Positions 11,201 through 25,639 of a stretch of 64,000 bases of DNA are shown in pieces. The stretch is from positions 8,866,001-8,930,000 of the forward strand of contig OZ024744.1 in assembly GCA_964016885.1 (NCBI GenBank). The letters are read 5' to 3'. The notes below the pieces were generated by a model. It saw only the letters and a list, made by a program, of their open reading frames with translations. It searched no databases and was not told where the DNA came from. The first letter of the stretch is position 1. Each line of letters begins with the position of its first letter. The translations under genes were made by a program, and so were the position numbers. Origin of the DNA: Eledone cirrhosa. Its lineage: Eukaryota.

Positions 11201-14200
11201 ATCCCATTGCAGAAACTAATTAGTTGGAGTGAACATTTTAGTAAGTAAGTTAATTTTTAAAAAAATTTTTAAATCTTCTTATTTTACGTCTTTTATATTA
11301 TTGTTCTGCATCCTCCTGCATTCAACCACCTAGGTACTATGACATAACCTGTGTATTTGCTGACATTAGCGTACATCTGTGCGCATATGTTAGTAGATAT
11401 ACTAAATTCTCAATATTTATCTCCAAATCACTTTGTCGAGTAAACCTGCCAAAACCACTACTAAATTTTTGGTGTGTTAGTAGGCTTCTGTCATCTTACC
11501 ATCCCACTCCTACCGACTAGCCTCAGTGTCACGTGATTGATTTTTTAGAATCTACCATTTGACCAGTGACAGCGAGATTTTCAGTGCATGGAATCCAGTC
11601 CCCGCTAGCTGTTCCATTTACCGAATTATTATTATTTTTATATGAGTCCCCAATGTCCGCGCATTGTCTGGAGACTTAGCTGAGAATAGACCTCCCTGAT
11701 GACGCAATGAATTCTCAACAGTTTATTACGTAACTGTCTTTATCCCATTGCAGAAACTAATTAGTTGGAGTGAAAATTTTAGTAAGTAAGTTAATTTTTA
11801 AAAAGTTTTTTTAACTTTCTTATTTTACGTCTTTTATATTATTGTTCTGCATCCTCCTGCATTGAACCACCTAGGTACTATGACATAACCTGTGTATTTG
11901 CTGACATCAGCGTACATCTGTGCGCATATGTTAGTAGATATACGAAATTCTCTATATTTATCTCCAAATCACTTTGTCGAGCAAACCTGCCAAAACCAGT
12001 ACTAAATTTTTGGTGTGTTAGTAGGCTTCTGTCATCTTACCATCCCACTCCTACCGACTAGCCTCAGTGTCACGTGATTGATTCTTTAGAATCTACCATT
12101 TGACCAGTGACAGCGAGATTTTCAGTGCATGGAATCCAGTCCCCGCTAGCTGTTCCATTTACCGAATTATTATTATTTTTATATGAGTCCCCAGTGTCCG
12201 CGCATTGCCTGGAGACTTAGCTGAGAATAGACCTCCCTGATGACGCAATGAATTCTCAACAGTTTATTAAGTAACTGTCTTTATCCCATTGCAGAAACTA
12301 ATTAGTTGGAGTGAACATTTTAGTAAGTAAGTTAATTTTTAAAAAATTTTTTAAATCTTCTTATTTTACGTCTTTTATATTATTGTTCTGCATCCTCCTG
12401 CATTGAACCACCTAGGTACTATGACATAACCTGTGTATTTGCTGATATTAGCGTACATCTGTGCGCATATGTTAGTAGATATACTAAATTCTCTATATTT
12501 ATCTCCAAATCACTTTGTCGAGTAAACCTGCCAAAACCACTACTAAATTTTTGGTGTGTTAGTAGGCTTCTGTCATCTTACCATCCCACTCCTACCGACT
12601 AGCCTCAGTGTCACGTGATTGATTTTTTAGAATCTACCATTTGACCAGTGACAGCGAGATTTTCAGTGCATGGAATCCAGTCCCCGCTAGCTGTTCCATT
12701 TACCGAATTATTATTATTTTTATATGAGTCCCCAATGTCCGCGCATTGCCTGGAGACTTAGCTGAGAATAGACCTCCCTGATGACGCAATGAATTCTCAA
12801 CAGTTTATTACGTAACTGTCTTTATCCCATTGCAGAAACTAATTAGTTGGAGTGAAAATTTTAGTAAGTAAGTTAATTTTAAAAAGTTTTTTTAACTTTC
12901 TTATTTTACGTCTTTTATATTATTGTTCTGCATCCTCCTGCATTGAACCACCTAGGTACTATGACATAACCTGTGTATTTGCTGACATCAGCGTACATCT
13001 GTGCGCATATGTTAGTAGATATACGAAATTCTCTATATTTATCTCCAAATCACTTTGTCGAGCAAACCTGCCAAAACCAGTACTAAATTTTTGGTGTGTT
13101 AGTAGGCTTCTGTCATCTTACCATCCCACTCCTACCGACTAGCCTCAGTGTCACGTGATTGATTCTTTAGAATCTACCATTTGACCAGTGACAGCGAGAT
13201 TTTCAGTGCATGGAATCCAGTCCCCGCTAGCTGTTCCATTTACCGAATTATTATTATTTTTATATGAGTCCCCAGTGTCCGCGCATTGCCTAGAGACTTA
13301 GCTGAGAATAGACCTCCCTGATGACGCAATGAATTCTCAATAGTTTATTAAGTAACTGTCTTTATCCCATTGCAGAAACTAATTAGTTGGAGTGAAAATT
13401 TTATTAAAAAGTTAATTTTTTAAATTTTTTTTAAATTTTCTTGTTTTACGTCTTTTATATTATTGTTCTGCATCCTCCTGCATTGAACCACCTAGGTACT
13501 ATGACATAACGTGTGTATTTGCTGGCATTAGCGTACATCTGTGCGCATATGTTAGTAGATATACTAAATTCTCTATATTTATCTCCAAATCACTTTGTCT
13601 AGCAAACCTTCCAAAACCACTACTAAATTTTTGGTGTGTTAGTAGGCTTCTGTCATCTTACCATCCCACTCCTGCAGACTAGCCTCATTGTCACGTGATT
13701 GATTCTTTAGAATCTACCATTTGACCAGTGACAGCGAGATTTTGAGTGCATGGAATCCAGTCCCCGCTAGCTGTTCCATTTACCGAATTATTATTATTTT
13801 TATATGAGTCCCCAGTGTCCGCGCATTGCCTGGAGACTTAGCTGAGAATAGACCTCCCTGATGACGCAATGAATTCTCAACAGTTTATTAAGTAACTGTC
13901 TTTATCCCATTGCAGAAACTAATTAGTTGGAGTGAACATTTTAGTAAGTAAGTTAATTTTTAAAAAATTTTTTAAATCTTCTTATTTTACGTCTTTTATA
14001 TTATTGTTCTGCATCCTCCTGCATTCAACCACCTAGGTACTATGACATAACCTGTGTATTTGCTGACATTAGCGTACATCTGTGCGCATATGTTAGTAGA
14101 TATACTAAATTCTCTATATTTATCTCCAAATCACTTTGTCGAGAAAACCTGCCAAAACCACTACTAAATTTTTGGTGTGTTAGTAGGCTTCTGTCATCTT

Positions 14201-17200
14201 ACCATCCCACTCCTACCGACTAGCCTCAGTGTCACGTGATTGATTTTTTAGAATCTACCATTTGACCAGTGACAGCGAGATTTTCAGTGCATGGAATCCA
14301 GTCCCCGCTAGCTGTTCCATTTACCGAATTATTATTATTTTTATATGAGTCCCCAGTGTCCGCGCATTGCCTGGAGACTTAGCTGAGAATAGACCTCCCT
14401 GATGATGCAATGAATTCTCAACAGTTTATTACGTAACTGTCTTTATCCCATTGCAGAAACTAATTAGTTGCAGTGAAAATTTTAGTAAGTTAATTTTTTA
14501 AAAATTTTTTAAAATTTTCTTATTTTACATCTTTTATATTATTGTTCTGCATCCTCCTGCATTGAACCACCTAGGTACTATGACATATCCTGTGTATTTG
14601 CTGACATTAGCGTCCATCTGTGCGCATATGTTAGTAGATATACTAAATTCTCTATATTTATCTCCAAATCACTTTGTCGAGCAAACCTGCCAAAACCACT
14701 ACTAAATTTTTGGTGTGTTAGTAGGCCTCTGTCATCTTACCATCCCACTCCTACCGACTAGCCTGAGTGTCACGTGATTGATTCTTTAGAATCTACCATT
14801 TGACCAGTGACAGCGAGATTTTCAGTGCATGGAATCCAGTCCCCGCTAGCTGTTCCATTTACCGAATTATTATTATTTTTATATGAGTCCCCAGTGTCCG
14901 CGCATTGCCTGGAGACTTAGCTGAGAATAGACCTCCCTGATGATGCAATGAATTCTCAACAGTTTATTACGTAACTGTCTTTATCCCATTGCAGAAACTA
15001 ATTAGTTGGAGTGAAAATTTTAGTAAGTAAGTTAATTTTTAAAAAGTTTTTTTAATTTTCTTATTTTACGTCTTTTATATTATTGTTCTGCATCCTCCTG
15101 CATTGAACCACCTAGGTACTATGACATATCCTGTGTATTTGCTGACATTAGCGTCCATCTGTGCGCATATGTTAGTAGATATACTAAATTCTCTATATTT
15201 ATCTCCAAATCACTTTGTCGAGCAAACCTGCCAAAACCACTACTAAATTGTTGGTGTGTTAGTAGGCTTCTGTCATCTTACCATCCCACTCCTACCGACT
15301 AGCCTCAGTGTCACGTGATTGATTCTTTAGAATCTACCATTTGACCAGTGACAGCGAGATTTTCAGTGCATGGAATCCAGTCCCCGCTAGCTGTTCCATT
15401 TACCGAATTATTATTATTTTTATATGAGTCCCCAGTGTCCGCGCATTGCCTAGAGACTTAGCTGAGAATAGACCTACCTGATGACGCAATGAATTCTCAA
15501 TAGTTTATTAAGTAACTTTCTTTATCCCATTGCAGAAACTAATTAGTTGGAGTGAAAATTTTATTAAAAAGTTAATTTTTTAAATTTTTTTTTAATTTTC
15601 TTCTTTTACGTCTTTTATATTATTGTTCTGCATCCTCCTGCATTGAACCACCTAGGTACTATGACATAACGTGTGTATTTGCTGACATTAGCGTACATCT
15701 GTGCGCATATGTTAGTAGATATACTAAATTCTCTATATTTATCTCCAAATCACTTTGTCTAGCAAACCTTCCAAAACCACTACTAAATTTTTGGTGTGTT
15801 AGTAGGCTTCTGTCATCTTACCATCCCACTCCTGCCGACTAGCCTCATTGTCACGTGATTGATTCTTTAGAATCTACCATTTGACCAGTGACAGCGAGAT
15901 TTTCAGTGCATGGAATCCAGTCCCCGCTAGCTGTTCCATTTACCGAATTATTATTATTTTTATATGAGTCCCCAGTGTCCGCGCATTACCTGGAGACTTA
16001 GCTGAGAATAGACCTCCCTGATGACGCAATGAATTCTCAACAGTTTATTAAGTAACTGTCTTTATCCCATTGCAGAAACTAATTAGTTGGAGTGAACATT
16101 TTAGTAAGTAAGTTAATTTTTAAAAAGTTTTTTAAATCTTCTTATTTTACGTCTTTTATATTATTGTTCTGCATCCTCCTGCATTCAACCACCTAGGTAC
16201 TATGACATAACCTGTGTATTTGCTGACATCAGCGTACATCTGTGCGCATATGTTAGTAGATATACGAAATTCTCTATATTTATCTCCAAATCACTTTGTC
16301 GAGCAAACCTGCCAAAACCAGTACTAAATTTTTGGTGTGTTAGTAGGCTTCTGTCATCTTACCATCCCACTCCTACCGACTAGCCTCAGTGTCACGTGAT
16401 TGATTCTTTAGAATCTACCATTTGACCAGTGACAGCGAGATTTTCAGTGCATGGAATCCAGTCCCCGCTAGCTGTTCCATTTACCGAATTATTATTATTT
16501 TTATATGAGTCCCCAGTGTCCGCGCATTGCCTAGAGACTTAGCTGAGAATAGACCTCCCTGATGACGCAATGAATTCTCAATAGTTTATTAAGTAACTGT
16601 CTTTATCCCATTGCAGAAACTAATTAGTTGGAGAGAAAATTTTATTAAAAAGTTAATTTTTTAAATTTTTTTTAAATTTTCTTCTTTTACGTCTTTTATA
16701 TTATTGTTCTGCATCCTCCTGCATTCAACCACCTAGGTACTATGACATAACCTGTGTATTTGCTGACATTAGCGTACATCTGTGCGCATATGTTAGTAGA
16801 TATACTAAATTCTCTATATTTATCTCCAAATCACTTTGTCGAGTAAACCTGCCAAAACCACTACTAAATTTTTGGTGTGTTAGTAGGCTTCTGTCATCTT
16901 ACCATCCCACTCCTACCGACTAGCCTCAGTGTCACGTGATTGATTTTTTAGAATCTACCATTTGACCAGTGACAGCGAGATTTTCAGTGCATGGAATCCA
17001 GTCCCCGCTAGCTGTTCCATTTACCGAATTATTATTATTTTTATATGAGTCCCCAGTGTCCGCGCATTGCCTGGAGACTTAGCTGAGAATAGACCTCCCT
17101 GATGACGCAATGAATTCTCAACAGTTTATTACGTAACTGTCTTTATCCCATTGCAGAAACTAATTAGTTGGAGTGAACATTTTAGTAAGTAAGTTAATTT

Positions 17201-20200
17201 TTAAAAAATTTTTTAAATCTTCTTATTTTACGTCTTTTATATTATTGTTCTGCATCCTCCTGCATTGAACCACCTAGGTACTATGACATAACCTGTGTAT
17301 TTTCAGACATTAGCGTCCATCTGTGCGCATATGTTAGTAGATATACGAAATTCTCTATATTTATCTCCAAATCACTTTGTCGGGCAAACCTGCCAAAACG
17401 AGTACTAAATTTTTGGTGTGTTAGTAGGCTTCTGTCATCTTACCATCCCACTCCTACCGACTAGCCTCAGTGTCACGTGATTGATTCTTTAGAATCTACC
17501 ATTTGACCAGTGACAGCGAGATTTTCAGTGCATGGAATCCAGTCCCCGCTAGCTGTTCCATTTACCGAATTATTATTATTTTTATATGAGTCCCCAGTGT
17601 CCGCGCATTGCCTAGAGACTTAGCTGAGAATAGACCTCCCTGATGACGCAATGAATTCTCAATAGTTTATTAAGTAACTGTCTTTATCCCATTGCAGAAA
17701 CTAATTAGTTGGAGTGAAAATTTTATTAAAAAGTTAATTTTTTAACGTTTTTTTAAATTTTCTTCTTTTACGTCTTTTATATTATTGTTCTGCATCCTCC
17801 TGCATTGAACCACCTAGGTACTATGACATAACGTGTGTATTTGCTGACATTAGCGTACATCTGTGCGCATATGTTAGTAGATATACTAAATTCTCTATAT
17901 TTATCTCCAAATCACTTTGTCTAGCAAACCTTCCAAAACCACTACTAAATTTTTGGTGTGTTAGTAGGCTTCTGTCATCTTACCATCCCACTCCTGCCGA
18001 CTAGCCTCATTGTCACGTGATTGATTCTTTAGAATCTACCATTTGACCAGTGACAGCGAGATTTTCAGTGCATGGAATCCAGTCCCCGCTAGCTGTTCCA
18101 TTTACCGAATTATTATTATTTTTATATGAGTCCCCAGTGTCCGCGCATTGCCTGGAGACTTAGCTGAGAATAGACCTCCCTGATGACGCAATGAATTCTC
18201 AACAGTTTATTAAGTAACTGTCTTTATCCCATTGCAGAAACTAATTAGTTGGAGTGAACATTTTAGTAAGTAAGTTAATTTTTAAAAAAATTTTTAAATC
18301 TTCTTATTTTACGTCTTTTATATTATTGTTCTGCATCCTCCTGCATTCAACCACCTAGGTACTATGACATAACCTGTGTATTTGCTGACATTAGCGTACA
18401 TCTGTGCGCATATGTTAGTAGATATACTAAATTCTCAATATTTATCTCCAAATCACTTTGTCGAGTAAACCTGCCAAAACCACTACTAAATTTTTGGTGT
18501 GTTAGTAGGCTTCTGTCATCTTACCATCCCACTCCTACCGACTAGCCTCAGTGTCACGTGATTGATTTTTTAGAATCTACCATTTGACCAGTGACAGCGA
18601 GATTTTCAGTGCATGGAATCCAGTCCCCGCTAGCTGTTCCATTTACCGAATTATTATTATTTTTATATGAGTCCCCAATGTCCGCGCATTGTCTGGAGAC
18701 TTAGCTGAGAATAGACCTCCCTGATGACGCAATGAATTCTCAACAGTTTATTACGTAACTGTCTTTATCCCATTGCAGAAACTAATTAGTTGGAGTGAAA
18801 ATTTTAGTAAGTAAGTTAATTTTTAAAAAGTTTTTTTAACTTTCTTATTTTACGTCTTTTATATTATTGTTCTGCATCCTCCTGCATTGAACCACCTAGG
18901 TACTATGACATAACCTGTGTATTTGCTGACATCAGCGTACATCTGTGCGCATATGTTAGTAGATATACGAAATTCTCTATATTTATCTCCAAATCACTTT
19001 GTCGAGCAAACCTGCCAAAACCAGTACTAAATTTTTGGTGTGTTAGTAGGCTTCTGTCATCTTACCATCCCACTCCTACCGACTAGCCTCAGTGTCACGT
19101 GATTGATTCTTTAGAATCTACCATTTGACCAGTGACAGCGAGATTTTCAGTGCATGGAATCCAGTCCCCGCTAGCTGTTCCATTTACCGAATTATTATTA
19201 TTTTTATATGAGTCCCCAGTGTCCGCGCATTGCCTGGAGACTTAGCTGAGAATAGACCTCCCTGATGACGCAATGAATTCTCAACAGTTTATTAAGTAAC
19301 TGTCTTTATCCCATTGCAGAAACTAATTAGTTGGAGTGAACATTTTAGTAAGTAAGTTAATTTTTAAAAAATTTTTTAAATCTTCTTATTTTACGTCTTT
19401 TATATTATTGTTCTGCATCCTCCTGCATTGAACCACCTAGGTACTATGACATAACCTGTGTATTTGCTGATATTAGCGTACATCTGTGCGCATATGTTAG
19501 TAGATATACTAAATTCTCTATATTTATCTCCAAATCACTTTGTCGAGTAAACCTGCCAAAACCACTACTAAATTTTTGGTGTGTTAGTAGGCTTCTGTCA
19601 TCTTACCATCCCACTCCTACCGACTAGCCTCAGTGTCACGTGATTGATTTTTTAGAATCTACCATTTGACCAGTGACAGCGAGATTTTCAGTGCATGGAA
19701 TCCAGTCCCCGCTAGCTGTTCCATTTACCGAATTATTATTATTTTTATATGAGTCCCCAATGTCCGCGCATTGCCTGGAGACTTAGCTGAGAATAGACCT
19801 CCCTGATGACGCAATGAATTCTCAACAGTTTATTACGTAACTGTCTTTATCCCATTGCAGAAACTAATTAGTTGGAGTGAAAATTTTAGTAAGTAAGTTA
19901 ATTTTAAAAAGTTTTTTTAACTTTCTTATTTTACGTCTTTTATATTATTGTTCTGCATCCTCCTGCATTGAACCACCTAGGTACTATGACATAACCTGTG
20001 TATTTGCTGACATCAGCGTACATCTGTGCGCATATGTTAGTAGATATACGAAATTCTCTATATTTATCTCCAAATCACTTTGTCGAGCAAACCTGCCAAA
20101 ACCAGTACTAAATTTTTGGTGTGTTAGTAGGCTTCTGTCATCTTACCATCCCACTCCTACCGACTAGCCTCAGTGTCACGTGATTGATTCTTTAGAATCT

Positions 20201-22274
20201 ACCATTTGACCAGTGACAGCGAGATTTTCAGTGCATGGAATCCAGTCCCCGCTAGCTGTTCCATTTACCGAATTATTATTATTTTTATATGAGTCCCCAG
20301 TGTCCGCGCATTGCCTAGAGACTTAGCTGAGAATAGACCTCCCTGATGACGCAATGAATTCTCAATAGTTTATTAAGTAACTGTCTTTATCCCATTGCAG
20401 AAACTAATTAGTTGGAGTGAAAATTTTATTAAAAAGTTAATTTTTTAAATTTTTTTTAAATTTTCTTGTTTTACGTCTTTTATATTATTGTTCTGCATCC
20501 TCCTGCATTGAACCACCTAGGTACTATGACATAACGTGTGTATTTGCTGGCATTAGCGTACATCTGTGCGCATATGTTAGTAGATATACTAAATTCTCTA
20601 TATTTATCTCCAAATCACTTTGTCTAGCAAACCTTCCAAAACCACTACTAAATTTTTGGTGTGTTAGTAGGCTTCTGTCATCTTACCATCCCACTCCTGC
20701 AGACTAGCCTCATTGTCACGTGATTGATTCTTTAGAATCTACCATTTGACCAGTGACAGCGAGATTTTGAGTGCATGGAATCCAGTCCCCGCTAGCTGTT
20801 CCATTTACCGAATTATTATTATTTTTATATGAGTCCCCAGTGTCCGCGCATTGCCTGGAGACTTAGCTGAGAATAGACCTCCCTGATGACGCAATGAATT
20901 CTCAACAGTTTATTAAGTAACTGTCTTTATCCCATTGCAGAAACTAATTAGTTGGAGTGAACATTTTAGTAAGTAAGTTAATTTTTAAAAAATTTTTTAA
21001 ATCTTCTTATTTTACGTCTTTTATATTATTGTTCTGCATCCTCCTGCATTCAACCACCTAGGTACTATGACATAACCTGTGTATTTGCTGACATTAGCGT
21101 ACATCTGTGCGCATATGTTAGTAGATATACTAAATTCTCTATATTTATCTCCAAATCACTTTGTCGAGAAAACCTGCCAAAACCACTACTAAATTTTTGG
21201 TGTGTTAGTAGGCTTCTGTCATCTTACCATCCCACTCCTACCGACTAGCCTCAGTGTCACGTGATTGATTTTTTAGAATCTACCATTTGACCAGTGACAG
21301 CGAGATTTTCAGTGCATGGAATCCAGTCCCCGCTAGCTGTTCCATTTACCGAATTATTATTATTTTTATATGAGTCCCCAGTGTCCGCGCATTGCCTGGA
21401 GACTTAGCTGAGAATAGACCTCCCTGATGATGCAATGAATTCTCAACAGTTTATTACGTAACTGTCTTTATCCCATTGCAGAAACTAATTAGTTGCAGTG
21501 AAAATTTTAGTAAGTTAATTTTTTAAAAATTTTTTAAAATTTTCTTATTTTACATCTTTTATATTATTGTTCTGCATCCTCCTGCATTGAACCACCTAGG
21601 TACTATGACATATCCTGTGTATTTGCTGACATTAGCGTCCATCTGTGCGCATATGTTAGTAGATATACTAAATTCTCTATATTTATCTCCAAATCACTTT
21701 GTCGAGCAAACCTGCCAAAACCACTACTAAATTTTTGGTGTGTTAGTAGGCCTCTGTCATCTTACCATCCCACTCCTACCGACTAGCCTGAGTGTCACGT
21801 GATTGATTCTTTAGAATCTACCATTTGACCAGTGACAGCGAGATTTTCAGTGCATGGAATCCAGTCCCCGCTAGCTGTTCCATTTACCGAATTATTATTA
21901 TTTTTATATGAGTCCCCAGTGTCCGCGCATTGCCTGGAGACTTAGCTGAGAATAGACCTCCCTGATGATGCAATGAATTCTCAACAGTTTATTACGTAAC
22001 TGTCTTTATCCCATTGCAGAAACTAATTAGTTGGAGTGAAAATTTTAGTAAGTAAGTTAATTTTTAAAAAGTTTTTTTAATTTTCTTATTTTACGTCTTT
22101 TATATTATTGTTCTGCATCCTCCTGCATTGAACCACCTAGGTACTATGACATATCCTGTGTATTTGCTGACATTAGCGTCCATCTGTGCGCATATGTTAG
22201 TAGATATACTAAATTCTCTATATTTATCTCCAAATCACTTTGTCGAGCAAACCTGCCAAAACCACTACTAAATT
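8226..22274. repeat. 13-monomer higher-order tandem duplication (7025-bp unit, two copies)
   Basis: Private variants recur 7025 bp apart: gacctacctg (8451/15476), ggagagaaa (~9605/~16630), tattttcagac (~10273/~17298), cctgcagact (~13671/~20696), aggcctctg (~14723/~21748). Identical ORFs at 12852 and 19877. Boundaries approximate. Confidence 0.93.
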
Positions 22275-25200
22275 TTTGGTGTGTTAGTAGGCTTCTGTCA
22301 TCTTACCATCCCACTCCTACCGACTAGCCTGAGTGTCACGTGATGGATTCTTTAGAATCTACCATTTGACCAGTGACAGCGAGATTTTCAGTGCATGGAA
22401 TCCAGTCCCCGCTAGCTGTTCCATTTACCGAATTATTATTATTTTTATATGAGTCCCCAGTGTCCGCGCATTGCCTGGAGACTTAGCTGAGAATAGACCT
22501 CCCTGATGACGCAATGAATTCTCAACAGTTTAGTACGTAACTGTCTTTATCCCATTGCAGAAACTAATTAGTTGGAGTGAACATTTTAGTAAGTAAGTTA
22601 ATTTTTAAAAAATTTTTTAAATCTTCTTATTTTACGTCTTTTATATTATTGTTCTGCATCCTCCTGCATTGAACCACCTAGGTACTATGACATAACCTGT
22701 GTATTTGCAGACATTAGCGTACATCTGTGCGCATATGTTAGTAGATATACTAAATTCTCTATATTTATCTCCAAATCACTTTGTCGAGTAAACCTGCCAA
22801 AACCACTACTAAATTTTTGGTGTGTTAGTAGGCTTCTGTCATCTTACCATCCCACTCCTACCGACTAGCCTCAGTGTCACGTGATTGATTTTTTAGAATC
22901 TACCATTTGACCAGTGACAGCGGGATTTTCAGTGCATGGAATCCAGTCCCCGCTAGCTGTTCCATTTACCGAATTATTATTATTTTTATATGAGTCCCCA
23001 GTGTCCGCGCATTGCCTGGAGACTTAGCTGAGAATAGACCTCCCTGATGACGCAATGAATTCTCAACAGTTTATTACGTAACTGTCTTTATCCCATTGCA
23101 GAAACTAATTAGTTGGAGTGAAAATTTTAGTAAGTAAGTTAATTTTTAAAAAGTTTTTTTAATTTTCTTATTTTACGTCTTTTATATTATTGTTCTGCAT
23201 CCTCCTGCATTGAACCACCTAGGTACTATGACATAACCTGTGTATTTGCAGACATTAGCGTACATCTGTGCGCATATGTTAGTAGATATACGAAATTCTC
23301 TATATTTATCTCCAAATCACTTTGTCGAGCAAACCTGCCAAAACGAGTACTAAATTTTTGGTGTGTTAGTAGGCTTCTGTCATCTTACCATCCCACTCCT
23401 ACCGACTAGCCTCAGTGTCACGTGATTGATTCTTTAGAATCTACCATTTGACCAGTGACAGCGAGATTTTCAGTGCATGGAATCCAGTCCCCGCTAGCTG
23501 TTCCATTTACCGAATTATTATTATTTTTATATGAGTCCCCAGTGTCCGCGCATTGCCTGGAGACTTAGCTGAGAATAGACCTACTGATGACGCAATGAAT
23601 TCTCAACAGTTTATTACGTAACTGTCTTTATCCCATTGCAGAAACTAATTAGTTGCAGTGAAAATTTTAGTAAGTTAATTTTTTAAAAATTTTTTAAAAT
23701 TTTCTTATTTTACATCTTTTATATTATTGTTCTGCATCCTCCTGCATTGAACCACCTAGGTACTATGACATATCCTGTGTATTTGCTGACATTAGCGTCC
23801 ATCTGTGCGCATATGTTAGTAGATCTACTAAATTCTCTATATTTATCTCCAAATCACTTTGTCGAGCAAACCTGCCAAAACCACTACTAAATTTTTGGTG
23901 TGTTAGTAGGCTTCTGTCATCTTACCATCCCACTCCTACCGACTAGCCTGAGTGTCACGTGATTGATTCTTTAGAATCTACCATTTGACCAGTGACAGCG
24001 AGATTTTCAGTGCATGGAATCCAGTCCCCGCTAGCTGTTCCATTTACCGAATTATTATTATTTTTATATGAGTCCCCAGTGTCCGCGCATTGCCTGGAGA
24101 CTTAGCTGAGAATAGACCTCCCTGATGACGCAATGAATTCTCAACAGTTTATTACGTAACTGTCTTTATCCCATTGCAGAAACTAATTAGTTGGAGTGAA
24201 CATTTTAGTAAGTAAGTTAATTTTTAAAAAAATTTTTAAATCTTCTTATTTTACGTCTTTTATATTATTGTTCTGCATCCTCCTTCATTGAACCACCTAT
24301 GTACTATGACATAACCTGTGTATTTGCTGACATTAGCGTACATCTGTGCGCATATGTTAGTAGATATACTAAATTCTCTATATTTATCTCCAAATCACTT
24401 TGTCGAGTAAACCTGCCAAAACCACTACTAAATTGTTGGTGTGTTAGTAGGCTTCTGTCATCTTACCATCCCACTCCTACCGACTAGCCTCAGTGTCACG
24501 TGATTGATTTTTTAGAATCTACCATTTGACCAGTGACAGCGAGATTTTCAGTGCATGGAATCCAGTCCCCGCTAGCTGTTCCATTTACCGAATTATTATT
24601 ATTTTTATATGAGTCCCCAGTGTCCGCGCATTGACTGGAGACTTAGCTGAGAATAGCCCTCCCTGATGACGCAATGAATTCTCAACAGTTTATTACGTAA
24701 CTGTATTTATCCCATTGCAGAAACTAATTAGTTGGAGTGAAAATTTTAGTTAGTAAGTTAATTTTTAAAAATATTTTTTTAATTTTCTTATTTTACGTCT
24801 TTTATTATATTGTTCTGCATCCTCCTGCATTGAACCACCTAGGTACTATGACATAACCTGTGTATTTGCTGACATTAGCGTACATCTGTGCGCATATGTT
24901 AGTAGATATACTAAATTCTCTATATTTAACTACAAATCACTTTGTCGAGCAAACCTGCCAAAACCACTACTAAATTTTTGGTGTGTTAGTAGGCTTCTGT
25001 CATCTTACCATCCCACTCCTACCGACTAGCCTCAGTGTCACGTGATTGATTCTTTAGAATCTACCATTTGACCAGTGACAGCGAGATTTTGAGTGCATGG
25101 AATCCAGTCCCCGCTAGCTGTTCCATTTACCGAATTATTATTATTTTTATATGAGTCCCCAGTGTCCGCTTATTGCCTGGAGACTTAGCTGAGAATAGAC

Positions 25201-25639
25201 CTCCCTGATGACGCAATGAATTATCAACAGTTTATTACGTAACTGTCTTTATCCCATTGCAGAAACTAATTAGTTGGAGTGAACATTTTAGTAAGTAAGT
25301 TAATTTTTAAAAATTTTTTTAAAATTTTCTTATTTTACGTCTTTTATATTATTGTTCTGCATACTCCTGCATTGAACCACCTAGGTACTATGACATAACC
25401 TGTGTATTTGCTGACATTAGCGTACATCTGTGCGCATATGTTAGTAGATATACTAAATTCTCTATATTTATCTCCAAATCACTTTGTCGAGTAAACCTAC
25501 CAAAACCACTACTAAATTTTTGGTGTGTTAGTAGGCTTCTGTCATCTTACCATCCCACTCCTACCGACTAGCCTCAGTGTCACCTGATTGATTTTTTAGA
25601 ATCTACCATTTGACCAGTGACAGCGAGATTTTAAGTGCA

